DNA of 64,000 nt from Felis catus. Its lineage: Eukaryota. The DNA lies in the NCBI RefSeq assembly GCF_018350175.1, contig NC_058368.1, positions 130,946,001-131,010,000 on the forward strand. Direction: 5' to 3'. Under the pieces are notes generated by a model. It saw only the letters and a program-made list of their open reading frames with translations, ran no database searches and had not been told where the DNA came from. Shown piece by piece: positions 39,454 through 51,999 of this stretch. The first letter of the stretch is position 1. Every line of letters starts with the position of its first letter. The translations under genes were made by a program, and so were the position numbers.

Positions 39454-39984
39454 AAAAATCATGGTCTACACTCCTAGAAGCAAACAATATAGGCACATTC
39501 CTTTGATTTCATTTCTTATAGCTTTAGTTTATAAGAGACAAGGTTAAATAGCTCCATCTAGAGATACTTGTGGCAGATCTTAGGTATCCACAGACTAGAA
39601 ATCATCACATGTGCCAAGTCCTGGGCCAATTTCTGTTGGTTCTTCAAAGGGGCTCATAAATAAATCACCCCACTGATCCTAGATTATATCTACAGCAAAT
39701 CTGGGAGAAACCACTATACAGCAGTCATTAGAATTTATAAAATGTTGTATTCCTTAAATGTTAAGTTAAACTTGTATAACTCCACTTAAAAACAAGCCCC
39801 GATAACAAGCGAGATGGCTAAATAAACAAAGCATTATGGTGGCTTTCAAATGAGTTTAGTAACATCTACAGATACAACCTATAGAGCCATGCCAAATTTG
39901 CTAACAAAGCAAAGCCAGCTGTAAAGTCATACAAGCCTATACTATACTGTTGCTGAAGATGAAATGGTGTGTAAGAGCCAACAC

Positions 39985-40318
39985 ATTCTCTGACTCTAGG
40001 GGGCTTGCATTCTAGGAGGATAAAGGCATTAATCAAATACTATATTTAAAAATCATAACACAATAAGAGCTATCAGTAACAGTTGAATGGTGTGAGGAGT
40101 ACAACAAAAAGACCTAGAAAGACTTCCCTGAGGAAAGGACACTGGAGCTCAAATATGCAGATTAGGTGGCAACTCACAAGGTGAGTAAAGGAAAGATGAG
40201 CACTGCGTGCAGAGGACGAGAAGGCACAAAGACCGGCACAGAAAGAAACACTAAAATTCAAGAAAGGAAAGCGGACACAGGTGGATGAGCTGGAAAGAGC
40301 GAGAGAGTGGGGAGAGCC
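39985..40318 (-). mobile_element. L2 fragment
   Basis: gcttgcattctag, agaaagacttccctgaggaa, gcagaggacgagaaggcacaaagacc. Confidence 0.7.
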
Positions 40319-40644
40319 GCTCTTACATTCTGGGCGGACTAGAACGCACCCGACTGCAGAATGCACCATGCTCTCTGCCACGTGTTGTGTTTCCCACTTT
40401 ACCCTGACATTTACAGATAGGCAGTATCTGTCCCTCCCTGTATCTGTCTCTACTACTGCTTTGGTTCCTCTATTGGAATGAGCAGAAATGCTTGCATCTT
40501 TCTCCAAAGGGCCTCTGAAGACAGGTCACATGGGAAAACTCTGGGAATATATACAAACTAAGCAACGGGGGAAAGCTTCGAGGATCCGGCGCCTACAAAA
40601 TGGCACTCTTTCCTACGAGCAAGACTGCGAAAAGTTGACCCCTC

Positions 40645-41390
40645 AAAAGGGAGGAGGAATTACAAAGAGCCCAGACGGCTTTGGGGGGTTATGGATATAT
40701 TCATTATTTTGACTGTGGTGATGGTTTCCCAGAGATAACTATGTCATGAAAAGTTTCAGAGTGCAATTGATTTTTCTACCACAGATTGATTTTTAAGATG
40801 CCTGCCCCAATATAAAAATGAGATAGTACAAAAACAAGTAGACATGAAGAAAATGCAAATAATAACATATATAAAGAATATCATCTCACAGGTAATGGAA
40901 AAATACATATTCCTCTCTAGATGATGCAGATGTTAACTGACAGATGTTAACTGATGTTAAAATAAAATCAGAAGTCATTTGCACTCATTAGATCGGCAAA
41001 ATATATATACACATAACCCTTATTATCTAATCTAGTCCATTCCTGAAAGCTATGAGGAATAATAAATAGAAGGAGTCTGTTTTTCATTATACTAAAAAGG
41101 GAAAAGTAAGAACATATTATGAATGCATACAAACCCTCCAATCAATTTCCCCAAATATCACTAAGTCACTCTTAAACACTATATAATTATTTCCACCAAA
41201 GATGTCTACATAATAGGAAAGAATTAAAAACAATTACTTATCACTTAACTCATTAGCAGATAAGTTTGTATGCAATATTCAACTATATTGATTATGAGAT
41301 ACTCTTTCCTTCTCAATGCAACAAATATTAGTATAAGGTAACTATATAATTGATAATATGTAAAACATACATAAGATGCAAAAGGTACTT
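40645..41390 (+). mobile_element. Ancient L1M 3' fragments
   Basis: tttggggggttatggatatattcattattttgactgtggtgatggtttc (L1M 3' UTR) plus a decayed L1ME-like stretch. Confidence 0.55.
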
Positions 41391-41403
41391 TGCAAAATAC
41401 AAT

Positions 41404-41621
41404 ATTTCAATTTTTTTAAGTTTATTTATTCATTTCGAGAAAGAAAGGAACAGCAAGCATGGGAGAGGCAGAGAGAGAGAGGGAGAGAGAGAGAATCCCA
41501 AGCAGACTCTGCATAGTCAACACAGAGCCTGATGCGGGGCTCGAACTCACCAAACACAAGACCATGACGTGAGCTGAAACCAAGAGTCAACGCTTAACCG
41601 ACTGAACCACCCGGGCACGCC
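41404..41621 (-). mobile_element. Can-SINE
   Basis: TSD tgcaaaatacaat at 41391-41403 and 41622-41634. Confidence 0.95.
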
Positions 41622-41689
41622 TGCAAAATACAATTTTTAGGCGTTGTTTTATTTATGTTATTAACCTGACGGAGATTTCACTTTTCCGT

Positions 41690-42432
41690 GTTTTAGTTTC
41701 TCAGTTTTATAGAGATTTAAAGACAACATTGTGAAAGTTTACAGTGTACATTATAATCATTTGTTATATGTACATATTGGGAAATATAAGGTCAGTTAAC
41801 ATCTGCATCATCTATAGAGTTATCTCTGCTGTTTGTGTCTGTGATAAGAACATTTAAGTTCTGTTCTCTTAGAACACTTCAAGTATAGGGGCACCTGAGT
41901 GACTCGGTTGGTTGGGAGTCTGACTTCAGCTCAGGTCATGATGTCACAGTTTGTGTGTTCGAGCCCCGCGTCAGGCTCTATGCTGACAAGTCAGAGCCTA
42001 GAACCTGCTTTGGATTCATCTCCCTCTCTCTCTGCCCCTACCCCACTCACACTCTGTCTCTCTCTTTCTCTCTCTGTCTCAAAAATAAATAAAACATTAA
42101 AAAAAATTAAGAACATTTCAAGTATAAAATACAGTATTCTTAACTATACTCACTAAGCTACATATCAGATCCCTAGAACTTATTTATCTTACAAGTGAAA
42201 GTTTATACCCTTGACCAACATCTCCCTATTTCCCCCAGCCCCTACCCCTGCTAACCACCAATCTGCTCTCTGTTTTCATGAGTTCAACTTCTTTTAGAAG
42301 CCACATATAAATGAAATCATGCAGTTTTTGTTTTTCTCTACCTTATTTTATTTAGCATAATGCCCTCAGTTTCATCCAAGTTGTCACAAATAGAAGGATT
42401 TCCTTCTTTTTTATGGCTGAATAATATTCCTG
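41690..42432 (-). mobile_element. L1MA9-like 3' end, interrupted by a SINE
   Basis: aagaacatttaagttct, ccctagaacttatttatctt, aaccaccaatctgctctctg, ttatttagcataatgccctc, tttatggctgaataatattcc. Confidence 0.85.
41888..42109 (+). mobile_element. Can-SINE inside L1
   Basis: TSD agaaca(c/t)ttcaagtata at 41871-41887 and 42110-42126. Confidence 0.96.
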
Positions 42433-43504
42433 TGGGTGGGTGTGGACACAGGGTGTTTTTGTGTCTTCCCTAGTATTCACTTTTCAAAGAAATAACCATG
42501 ATACACCCACCACACACTGTACTTCCTTTTGCCCTGAATTTTGCTAAAAAAACTTTGCATCTGTACTTTATACCAGGTAATTGAGTCAGAGAGTTGAACT
42601 GGGATTAAAAACAGTAAAAGTCAATATGGGGCCAGCTGACACAGGGACAGAAAGTAATACTTGTATTTTTTTAATGACATCTTCTTCTTTTCATGAAGGT
42701 ATAGTAATGAGGCCAATTATGCATTGTTGGTAAAATTCTTCATTACCGTTTTACAACCAGACGTGTTTACAAAAGATGCAATTATAGAACTTGAAGGGTG
42801 AAATCTCTGGCAAGGACCTGGAAAGCAGTTATTTGGAGTTGTCACTGTGGAGTAAATCCATATGCTTTGGAAACAATATTGCGATCAAATTAATATTCTT
42901 GGATGGAAGTTGAAGAGCCCAAACAGAAATTCACCAGGTTGGATTTTAATTTCATTAAAGAATATTGTTATTTCAGGAATTTCTTTTTTAATACAAAAAA
43001 ATTAAAAAATAAATTCTTTTATTTAATATAAGGCAAACAATTATTTTGCAATGGGGAAATCATTTCCATATGTGTTTGTTTTTCAGATTTTCTTAAGCAG
43101 GAAATACACACTCCGTAATTTATATCCTTTAAAAAAAACCCATTTTTGTACTCCAATTAAAAAAAAAAGAAGGCAAATTTGCTAGGCAAAAAATCATCAT
43201 AGAGTACTCAGCCACTGCCTATTAAGTCCAGGGACTCTTACGGGCAGAACAATTGATCACCAGCTCAGTTGTTGATAAAAAACATATTCACACTTCAGAA
43301 ATGCATCACATTTGGCAGTTGCCTAGGGCCACTCAGCACACAGTCCTCAGCAGAAATTTCTGGAACACAATTTTTCTGAAGATCACCTTAACCCAAGAGA
43401 TCAACTGAAGTAAATAATAATGTCAACATTTTACAGAGAAGGCATTTGCCTTTTTGTCTCTACTTAGGCAAGTTCAGCTAGACTCGGAGAATCTAATGAA
43501 TGTA

Positions 43505-43705
43505 TTGTGGTCACATAGAACTTTCTGATGCAAACGTTCTGTATCATTTGGTCTAATATGGTAGCAACTAGCTACATGTGGCGACTGAGTTCTTGAAATG
43601 TGGTTAGAAAGACTGGCTTATAAATTTTATTCAGCTTAAAGACATTTAAATTTAAATAGCCATATGTAGCTGGTGGCTATCTCCATGGTCAGCATAGGAC
43701 TAATG
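43505..43705. mobile_element. MER3-like hAT MITE
   Basis: atagaactttctg...aatatggtagcaactagctacatgtgg...ttgaaatgtgg...tttaaatttaaatagccatatgtagct. Confidence 0.8.
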
Positions 43706-44606
43706 TTCTTATAGCCTAACTAGCCGAAATCTTAAACTACTGCAGACCTTTTGCCGTCTCCAAGCTATCTGTCTTTCTCACCTTTGTGTAGGACAGTAGC
43801 TAGCTTCCGTGTAAGAGGGTATCTAAATGGTGGAAGCCTAAAAACCAGTGTATTTATCTCATGGTGTTCTATGTAAATAGAACAAAGACAAAAGCTTAAT
43901 AAATTTATTACAGATATTTTACTGGCATAAGACATGTGTGATAGCACATTTACAACAGTTATTGGAGAGGATATTAAATTTTCGTCTTCCATCCAGAATT
44001 TGAGTAATGAGAAAGCCCTTTATGGCCCTGATACTGGTTCCCCGTCCTACAGCTTAGATGTACTCATTAAAGAGCATCAACAAGAAAGAAAGCTTATTAA
44101 AGGAGATTATTAATTTTCAGGCTCATTATCCCAACAGTCATTTTTCTCTGTTACATCCCAATGAAATATGTGGGTAAGTCTAGCAATGAGGAAGAAGAAA
44201 AGCTAAGGGGAAAAATGTGGGAACTGCAGCAATCTTGCATCAGGACACAGCAGAGCTGACAGCCTCTCTCAGGCTAATGACAAATCGCATCAAGTGAGGT
44301 TGAAGGGCTGCATAATGATATGTAGAAGGTCAGATGCAAAATGAGAAATTGTGTTTCCAAGAGCAGAGCAATAGGACTGGAATACCTACTAAATGCTCTT
44401 CATCTTAGGCCTCAGGAATGCCAGCCACAAGATAAGCACATTGTGTAAGGCTTTAAGAGAACATGGCTTTGCAATATTCGAGGAGAAAAAATATTTTAGA
44501 AATAAGTCTTACAAGATGCAAGAAAAAAATTGAATGTTACTCTTAAGTCACAGGCTACCTGTAAAGCTATCAATTTTCTATTATTGGTTGATAGCGGTGA
44601 CATAGG

Positions 44607-44795
44607 TCAGTGCTTCTCAAAGTGTGAATATGGACAGCTGGTATCAGAATTATTTAGAGAGCGTGTTAACAATACAAATCGTGGACCCTTCCCAGTTCTT
44701 CAAAATCAGAATCTCTAGGGCTTCAGACCAGGAGTATATATTTTTACTAACATCCCCAGATGATGCTTATATCAACCAAGGTTGAGAACTTCCAT
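44607..44795. mobile_element. MER5A hAT MITE
   Basis: cagtgcttctcaaagtgtg...atcagaatctctaggg...taacatccccagatgat...ggttgagaac. Confidence 0.85.
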
Positions 44796-45449
44796 TAAAG
44801 GAGAGTTAAGGGATGATGAGGATCTTGGAAGTTCACAAAGTTCTCACCCATATATTGGAAGACAAAGAAAAAGGCTTTAAAGTTTGTTCAATAGGTAGAT
44901 GTCCAAATATTCAAGCATCACCATATAGGCTGAAAATTACCAAATATCCAATACCTTTAGATAAGTATGAAGAACCTTATATCTTCAATAAAATCAGGGT
45001 ACATATCATTATTAGGAAATGTGATAATTAATCTTATGGGTCAACTTGACTAGGTCACAGGGTGCCCAGATATTAAGGTAAGCCTGATTTCTGGGTGTCT
45101 GTGAGGATCTTTCTGGATGAGATTAATGTTTGAATTGGTAGATTAAGTAAAGCAGTTGGCCTTCCTCAAGATGAGTGGCTCCATCCAATCCTGTAGAGTC
45201 CTGAACTGAATAAAATGCTGAGTAAAAAAGACTTTTTCTCTCTCTACTTTGCTGTCCTTAATCTAGAACATCAGTCTTCTCTGGCCTTCAGACTTGGATC
45301 CAGACTTGGTTCTCAGTACATCAGACTCAGGAGCTATATCATTAGCTCTCTTGGGTCTCCAGCTTGCATGACTGTACATCATGAACTTCTCAACATCCAT
45401 AAGCACATATGCCAATTCCTTATAATAAATTTCTTTCCAATATAAAGAG

Positions 45450-47480
45450 ACAGAGGATTAACTTAACCATAAGCTACCAACTTGCCATGCAATCTAGATG
45501 CCCATCTAGTGGAGTGGGCGTTATCTGACCTACCAAATTGGATGTGCACAGCAATAGTCTCATTAAATGGCAGTAGTATGCATGTGATTGGGCCTGAGCA
45601 GGCCCCAAAGGCACAAGTAAGTTACAGGAAGAAATGGCCCCAATGCCCATGGTCCCCACTTCTATTACACTGCCTTCCCTCTTTCAGTCTGCATGTACAG
45701 CATCATGAGAAATTTCCTAAAATTGACTGACAAAGAAAGAGAAGACTGAGGTTTGGTTTATAGATATGCAGGCACACCTAAAATTGGACAGCTGCAACAC
45801 TACAACCCCTTTCTTGAGTATCTCTGAAAGACAGTGTTAAAGGGAAATCTTTCCAGTGAGTAGAACTTTGGGCAGAGTACTGTTTTCTCACTGTCAGTCT
45901 GCTCAGGCTGCTATAACAAAATACCATAGGCTGGGTGACTTACAAACAGCAGAAAGTTATTGTTCACAGTTCTTGAGATTAGAAGTACAAGATCAAGGTG
46001 CTAGCATGATTAGGTTCTGGTGAAGGCCTTCTTCTGCTTATTGTGTCTTCATGTGGCAAAAAGGGACAAGGAAACTTTCTCAGGCCATTTTTATTAGGGT
46101 ACCAATCCTATTCATAAGGGCTCTGCCCTCATGATGTAATCACGTCCCAAAGGCCCCATCTCCTAACACCTTCACTTTGGTGGGGTGGTTAGATTTCAAC
46201 ATATGAATCTTGGGGGAACACAAGTATTTAAATCATGGCACTCACTTTGCTTCAAAGGAGAAATGGCAAGATGTGTAGTCATATACTGATTCATGGGCTG
46301 TGGCCAATGGTTTGCCTGGGTGGTCAGGGACTTGGAACTTGAGTGGAAAATTATTGACAAGGGAATTTGGGGAAGAGGTATGTGGACAGGTGTCTCTGAA
46401 AGGGCCAAAAATTGAAGATATTTGTGTCCCATTTAAATGCTAACCAAAGGGTGACCTCAGCAGAGGGCAATTTCAATAATCACACAGATAGGATGACCCA
46501 ACTGTGAATATCAATCTACCTCTTTCCCAAGCCACCTTTATCATCACCCAATGGGCTCATGAATAAAATGGCCATGGTGGAAAAGATGGAGGTTATGCAT
46601 GGCAAGGTACTTCTACTCACCAAGGGTAACCTGGCTATGATCACTGTTGAGTGCCAAATCTACAAGCAGCAGAGACCAACACTGAGTCTTTGACTCAATC
46701 CATGATCAGCCAGCTACCTGGTGGTAGGTTAATTACATTGTGCCACTCCCATCATGGAAGGAGCAGTATTTTGTTTTTACTGGAATAGACCATACTGGAT
46801 ATGGATTTGCCTTCCATGCATGTAACGCTTCTGCCAAAACTCTCAACCATTGCTTATAGAATGCCTAACCCATTGTTGTGGTATTCCACACAGCCCTGCT
46901 TTGATCAAAGAACTCACTTCATAGCAAAACAAGTGCATCACTGGGCCCATTCTCATAGAATTCACTAGTCTTACCTCGTACCCCCCAAACTGAAGAAGCT
47001 TGCTTAGTAGAATTTGGGGATGGCCTTTTGAAGATTCGGTTATGATGCCAGCTAGGTGGCGATACCTTACAAGTCTAGGGCAAAGTTCTCCAGAGGGCTG
47101 TGAATGTTCTGAATCTGTGTCCAGAATGTGGATTGTTTCTCCTATAACCATGATTCATGGGTTGAGGAATCAAAGAGCAGACATGGGAGTGAGACCACTT
47201 AATATTACCTCTAGTGGTCTATTAGTAAAATTTTTGCTTCCTTTTCTGGTGACTTTATGTCCTGCTGGGCTAGAGGTCTTACTTCCAAAGGGAGAATGCT
47301 TCTGCCAGGAGATATACAATAATTCCATTGAAATAGAAGTTAAAATTGCCACCTAGCCACTCTGCACTTCTCATGCCTCTGAATCAATAGGTGAAGAGGG
47401 GAGTTTACTGTAATGGCTGAGTTCTTATATTGACACAAAAGGGAAACTGGACTGCTAATCCACAATGGAGGTTTGAAATA
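45450..47480 (+). pseudogene. Decayed ERV-L pol (RNase H, integrase) and dUTPase
   Basis: Manual translation: YTDSWAVANGLPGWSGTW (46282), WAHE*NGHGGKDGGYAW (46552), PATWW*VNYIVPLPSWKEQYFVFTGID (46710), FLLPFLVTLCPAGLEVLLPKG (in ORF 47000-47356); many stops and frameshifts. Confidence 0.9.
45892..46240 (-). mobile_element. MaLR solo LTR (MLT1A0-like) inserted in ERV-L pol
   Basis: TG...CA termini with perfect 5-bp TSD CTCAC (45887-45891 and 46241-46245); ggctgctataacaaaataccataggctgggt motif. Confidence 0.93.
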
Positions 47481-47942
47481 CAGGAGACCCCTTTGAGGGT
47501 CTCCTTTGAGGATCCTTTGAGGATCTCTTAGCATTACCATGCTCTGTGATTAAGCACAATGAAAAACTACAACACCCCAGTCCAGGCAGGACTACTAATT
47601 TCAGGAATGAAGGCTTAGGTCAGTTTACCTGGTAAGAAACCACAACTAGCTGAGTCGCTTGCTGAAGGTAAAGGGAATGCAGAATGGTTAATGAAAGAAG
47701 GTAATTATAAATACTAGCTATGACTATGTGACCCGTTATAGAAATGAAGATTATAATTGCCATGAGCATTCTTCTTTATTCTGTTATGAATATATTTGTG
47801 CATGTAGAAATAGAAGAGATATGTAAATATTTTAAGCAAACATCTTTATTTTCTTTTCTCTCTTATGTTCTTATCATGTAATATACATTAAATACAATAA
47901 AGTCAGCAGTTTATATATATTTTTATAAATATATAAGGTCAT

Positions 47943-48073
47943 GGAGCACCTGGGTGGTTCAGTCAGTTAAGCGTCCATCTCTTGGTTTCAGCTCAGGTCA
48001 TGAACTCACGGTTTGGGGGACTGAGCCCTGAGTTGGGCCCCCCACTTACAGTGCAGAGCCTGCGTGAGATTCC

Positions 48074-48104
<31 letters not shown>

Positions 48105-48165
48105 GCCCCTCCCCCACTTTCTCTGTCTCTCAAAATAAACAAATAATATTTATTTAAAAAAATAA
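47943..48165 (+). mobile_element. Older Can-SINE inside the ERV-L
   Basis: SINE head, (CT)n and tail; TSD ataaggtca at 47933-47941 and 48166-48174. Confidence 0.93.
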
Positions 48166-49572
48166 ATAAGGTCAGTAAGTTGTATTAAATTTGTATCACA
48201 TATCTAAGTATTGTTAATTATACATTATAGTATTTAAGTTACAGGATATCAAGAAGACTAAACATCACTCAAGGACTTTGTTTCCTTTTCTAAGCAAGGG
48301 TTAGGTGCATTTACAGTTATACTGTAAATAGCTATATTATGCTAGGTGAAATTATAGCCATGTTATTGTCTTTTTTGAAAATTAAATATGATTTTAAAAG
48401 ATGTGCATGAGTACCACATTGGCAACAGGTAAACTTGTGATGGTTGTATTTATGTGTCAACTTGACTGAGCCACAGGGTGCTCAGACATTCAGCCAAACG
48501 TTAATATGGGTGTGTCTGTGAAGGTGTTTCTGGATGAGATTCATGTTTGAATAGATGAACTGAATAAAGCAGGTTGCCCTCCCTCGTATGGGTGGGCTGC
48601 ATCCCATCTGTCAAAGGCTTGAATAGACTAATGCTGAGTAAGAAAGAATTCTTTCTCTCTGACTGTCTTTGAGCTAGGGCATGGGTCTTTCTCCTTGCCT
48701 TCAGAATCGGACTTGTCCTAGAACTTTTACTATTGGCTCTCCTGGTTCTTAGGCCTTAGAATTTTAACTGGAACTATACTATCTGCAATCCACAACCTAT
48801 ATCAACATATAAACCATTCTTCATATAAAATATATTTTACTGGTTCTGTTTCTCTGGAGAACCCAGATTAATTTAATATACAAGTATAATCTTAAATGCT
48901 CTGAGTAAAATGAGTGTATGTTTAAGCATCTGTTGTTTGTTCAACTTGAACTTGTCTTTCTTTCAGGCAACCATCAACACTCCTTAAATAATACAATTAG
49001 AAGGTCTTGTTACTGACCGAACTAATTTGATTCCATGGCTGTATTGATTTGAATACAACCCATGAGTTTCTCACAGTAGGTTGGGCTAAGTCAGAATTTT
49101 TCATGGACCCTGGAGGGGAAGGTGCTGTATTTATGCAGGAAGTACAGGCCAGGTAATCTACTTCTGCTATAATCAAAACAGCTCTGGAATTACCTGTTAA
49201 TCTTCTGGGAAAGTTTCATTTGATAATGAGTCCATTAACTAAAACAAACTGTGAGAACCACCAAACTAGGAAGTCCTAAAGATACCTTCTAATTCTAAGA
49301 TAACAGTGATTTGCCAGAAGGTGATTTACTGTCAACCAAATATGAAGTACTTTATGGCAGTCAAAAAGACATACAATATGAAACTCCGGTAAACTCCAGT
49401 CCTCACTCCTAGTCAGGTGATGAGTCAGGTGTATTCTGGACTATTTAGTCTGTTCTGAGCTACTGAGATCAATTCTGAAACTAGATTTTCGTCTGATAAT
49501 TAAATAAACAACACGATCCAGTGGTAGCCAGAAGACACTGGATCAAGCTGTCCCTTAGAAGTAAAAGACTGA

Positions 49573-49790
49573 GGGGCACCTGGGTGGCGCAGTGGGTTAA
49601 GCGTCCGACTTCAGCCAGGTCACGATCTCGCGGTCCGTGAGTTCGAGCCCCGTGTCAGGCTCTGGGCTGATGGCTCGGAGCCTGGAGCCTGTTTCCGATT
49701 CTGTGTCTCCCTCTCTCTCTGCCCCTCCCCCGTTTGTGGTCTGTCTCTCTCTGTCCCAAAAAAAATAAATAAACGTTGAAAAAAAAAAAA
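49573..49790 (+). mobile_element. Young SINEC_Fc-type SINE
   Basis: TSD agaa(g/a)taaaagactga at 49557-49572 and 49791-49806. Confidence 0.98.
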
Positions 49791-49904
49791 AGAAATAAAA
49801 GACTGAAAGACACATGTTAGTGCTCTATATATTTTAACGGCTATCACCCAGAAGAAGGTTTAAATAGGATTTAAAGAAAAAAAATATTTCAATTTGAAAA
49901 ACAT

Positions 49905-50040
49905 TAAAAATCCAGTATCTCAGTCACACTAGCTTATTTCCAGCACTCAATAGCCTCGTTTGGCTCGTAACTACCATATTACATAGTGCACATACAGAAG
50001 ATTTCCATCACTGTAGAAATTCCTATGGACAGTGTTATTA
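49905..50040. mobile_element. MER3/MER33-like MITE fragment
   Basis: ctcagtcacactagc...cactcaatagcc...atttccatcactgtagaaattcctatggacagtg. Confidence 0.75.
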
Positions 50041-51462
50041 TCAAAGGTAGAACTAGGGCCAGAGAGGAGTTAGAAGAAATCAGGCTTTGAACCAATAAAA
50101 GGAAGACCTTCTTAATGGCTAGAGTTATCCAACGACAGAATGCACAAGACTTAACAACAAGGGGAATTGATCAAGCGAAGCCAAAACACACACATAACTC
50201 TAGCGTTCAGAAAGAGAGTGTACAAAAACTAAAATGATAATGAAATTCTCAGCTTTAGTTACATGGAAAGGCTTTATTGTAGACACGTTTATGTGATCAA
50301 AGGCTGATCTTTCCAGTCATATCTGCCACTTAAGCCATGGGTTATTTGCTCACCTTTGAAAATGCATTTCCCTGCTCTCGTTACGAATATGATGTGAAGA
50401 GATGAAAATTATTCAAGATACAGAAACCATCTCACTCCAGTTACCTCTCTCACATAGATACAACAGAGATAAGCACATTTTGCAGTGGCAGGCCAGCTTC
50501 GGTCAGAGTGTGAAGTTCCAACACCAGGAACAGCAGAAAGTGTGGCGTTATTTCTAGAGAGTATTTTGTAAGCCCTGGGAAAGTGAATGGGGTCATTGCT
50601 GAAGCGTCAGCGATGTTCTGGTCTCAAGGCTGTTGGATGCGATAGCACTGTGAGAACAGAGCCCCACGGTCTCCCAGCAGCAAGTTAGGAGACAGACCCA
50701 CTCACTGTAAGAGGCTAGCAGTCCTTGGAACTGCACACCTTCCCTACATGCTTTCACGTAAACACCAGATGTGTATTTGGTCTATGTCTGGAGGCTTTAA
50801 CATTCTTTGATGTTTACAGCAGGCGAACGTGAAATAAAGACTATGTGCAGCTCGCTGCCGCGGCTCTTTTGCTGGCAGAGGCAGCCCCACACGTCCGCTC
50901 AGTCTAAGGGTCTGAGAACTCTTTCTTCCGTGTGCAGCTGCAAGACAGGACAAGATGTGACTTAGGTTTCAAAGCTAGTCTCTTAGCAGATTGCAGGGTC
51001 TACTTGACTGAAGGTGATCAACGCACAAATAGTGTTCCTGGGAACCAATCCTATGAAGAACCAAATGGCCAAAACAGAAATAGAGATAACCAATACTTCC
51101 ATACATCCAGTTCCAGAAATATGTTAAAGGCCCAGGAGTCTCAGTTTGGGCCCTGAACAAGGGGCAGAGTATGAATGACACTCGTGCTTCAGGCCAGGGG
51201 CTATAAATACAGACTAGAAAAAAATCTTTCCGGTGGCATAAATTGATATAAGGATAGTTTCTCTGTCTCTGCCCAGTTACTGAGTAAGGGAAACCATCTT
51301 CCCTGAAGACTCTGAATCAGTCTTTCTCTGCTCTTGGTCAGGATTCAATCTCACACCATCTGCACGTGCCACAGAACTCAAAGCTGATACTTCACATTAA
51401 AAAGTAGCTCTGGAAATTAGCTTCTTTGAAAAAAGGTACTTCTGGGCTTATAATACCACCAC

Positions 51463-51900
51463 TGTTTAAGTTTGAGGGCCTGTGAAATAGACCCTGAGAT
51501 AAGTATTTGAGTGAATAAAGAAGGGAATAGGCAAAAGGAAGAAACGCAGGAAAAGGAGGCCAACCAATAAAGTGCATTATCAAGTGAGTTTCTCCGAGGT
51601 AAGTGGATCTTATTTCCCTTGGGGAAATGTGGGGGCTAATACACAACATCTCAGAACTATCCCAGCCAAGAGGCAAGGGAACTGGGGTGCTTACACACTA
51701 ACCCCTGTCAGTCATTTTTGAGGTAGGAATTGTTCATTTTTATGCACTTCTGGTTTGCTATGCACATGTAAGAGCAGGTGGCTACAGAAAACACTTGTGC
51801 AAAGAGATATAGATATGGCAGATATAAGTCTGTCCTGCCTGCTCAGAAATGGTAAGGCCTGAGAGGATACTGGCAAGGCACCAAGAGGATCTGCTGTAAT
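51463..51900 (-). mobile_element. LTR33-like ERV-L LTR
   Basis: agaccctgagataagtatttgagtg, ccaataaagtgcatt, gaggcaagggaactggggt, aaatggtaaggcctgagaggata. Confidence 0.65.
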
Positions 51901-51999
51901 CCTGGAGGGACTGGCAGAGTAACACATGAAACTTCCCAGACGTGGCTGCAAAGTATTACCAAGGTTAGGCCACACCAGACATGAGATTCCAATCCAAAA

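Larger units (their letters stand above)
45020..48882 (+). mobile_element. Internally deleted ERV-L provirus: 5' MLT2 LTR (45020-~45445), pol/dUTPase remnant, 3' MLT2 LTR (48436-~48882)
   Basis: Two colinear same-orientation MLT2 LTRs starting TGTGAT...gtcaacttgact; HERV-L-like internal sequence between them; 3' LTR ends ggttctgtttctctggagaaccc. Confidence 0.93.
49290..50145 (+). mobile_element. L3/CR1 LINE remnant, interrupted by a SINE and a MER3
   Basis: aagactga|aagacacatgttag...ggctatcacccagaagaagg and ggtagaactagggcc...aaggaagaccttcttaa...tagagttatccaa resemble the CR1 ORF2 3' part. Confidence 0.55.

Noticed and set aside
40073..40507. 144-aa minus-strand ORF
   Set aside because: Largely within an L2 remnant; no domain recognised.
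48967..49152. Possible 186-bp exon (cttgtctttctttcag acceptor, cag/gtaatc donor) downstream of the ERV-L 3' LTR
   Set aside because: Such site pairs are common by chance and there is no coding signal; it would need spliced RNA-seq reads.
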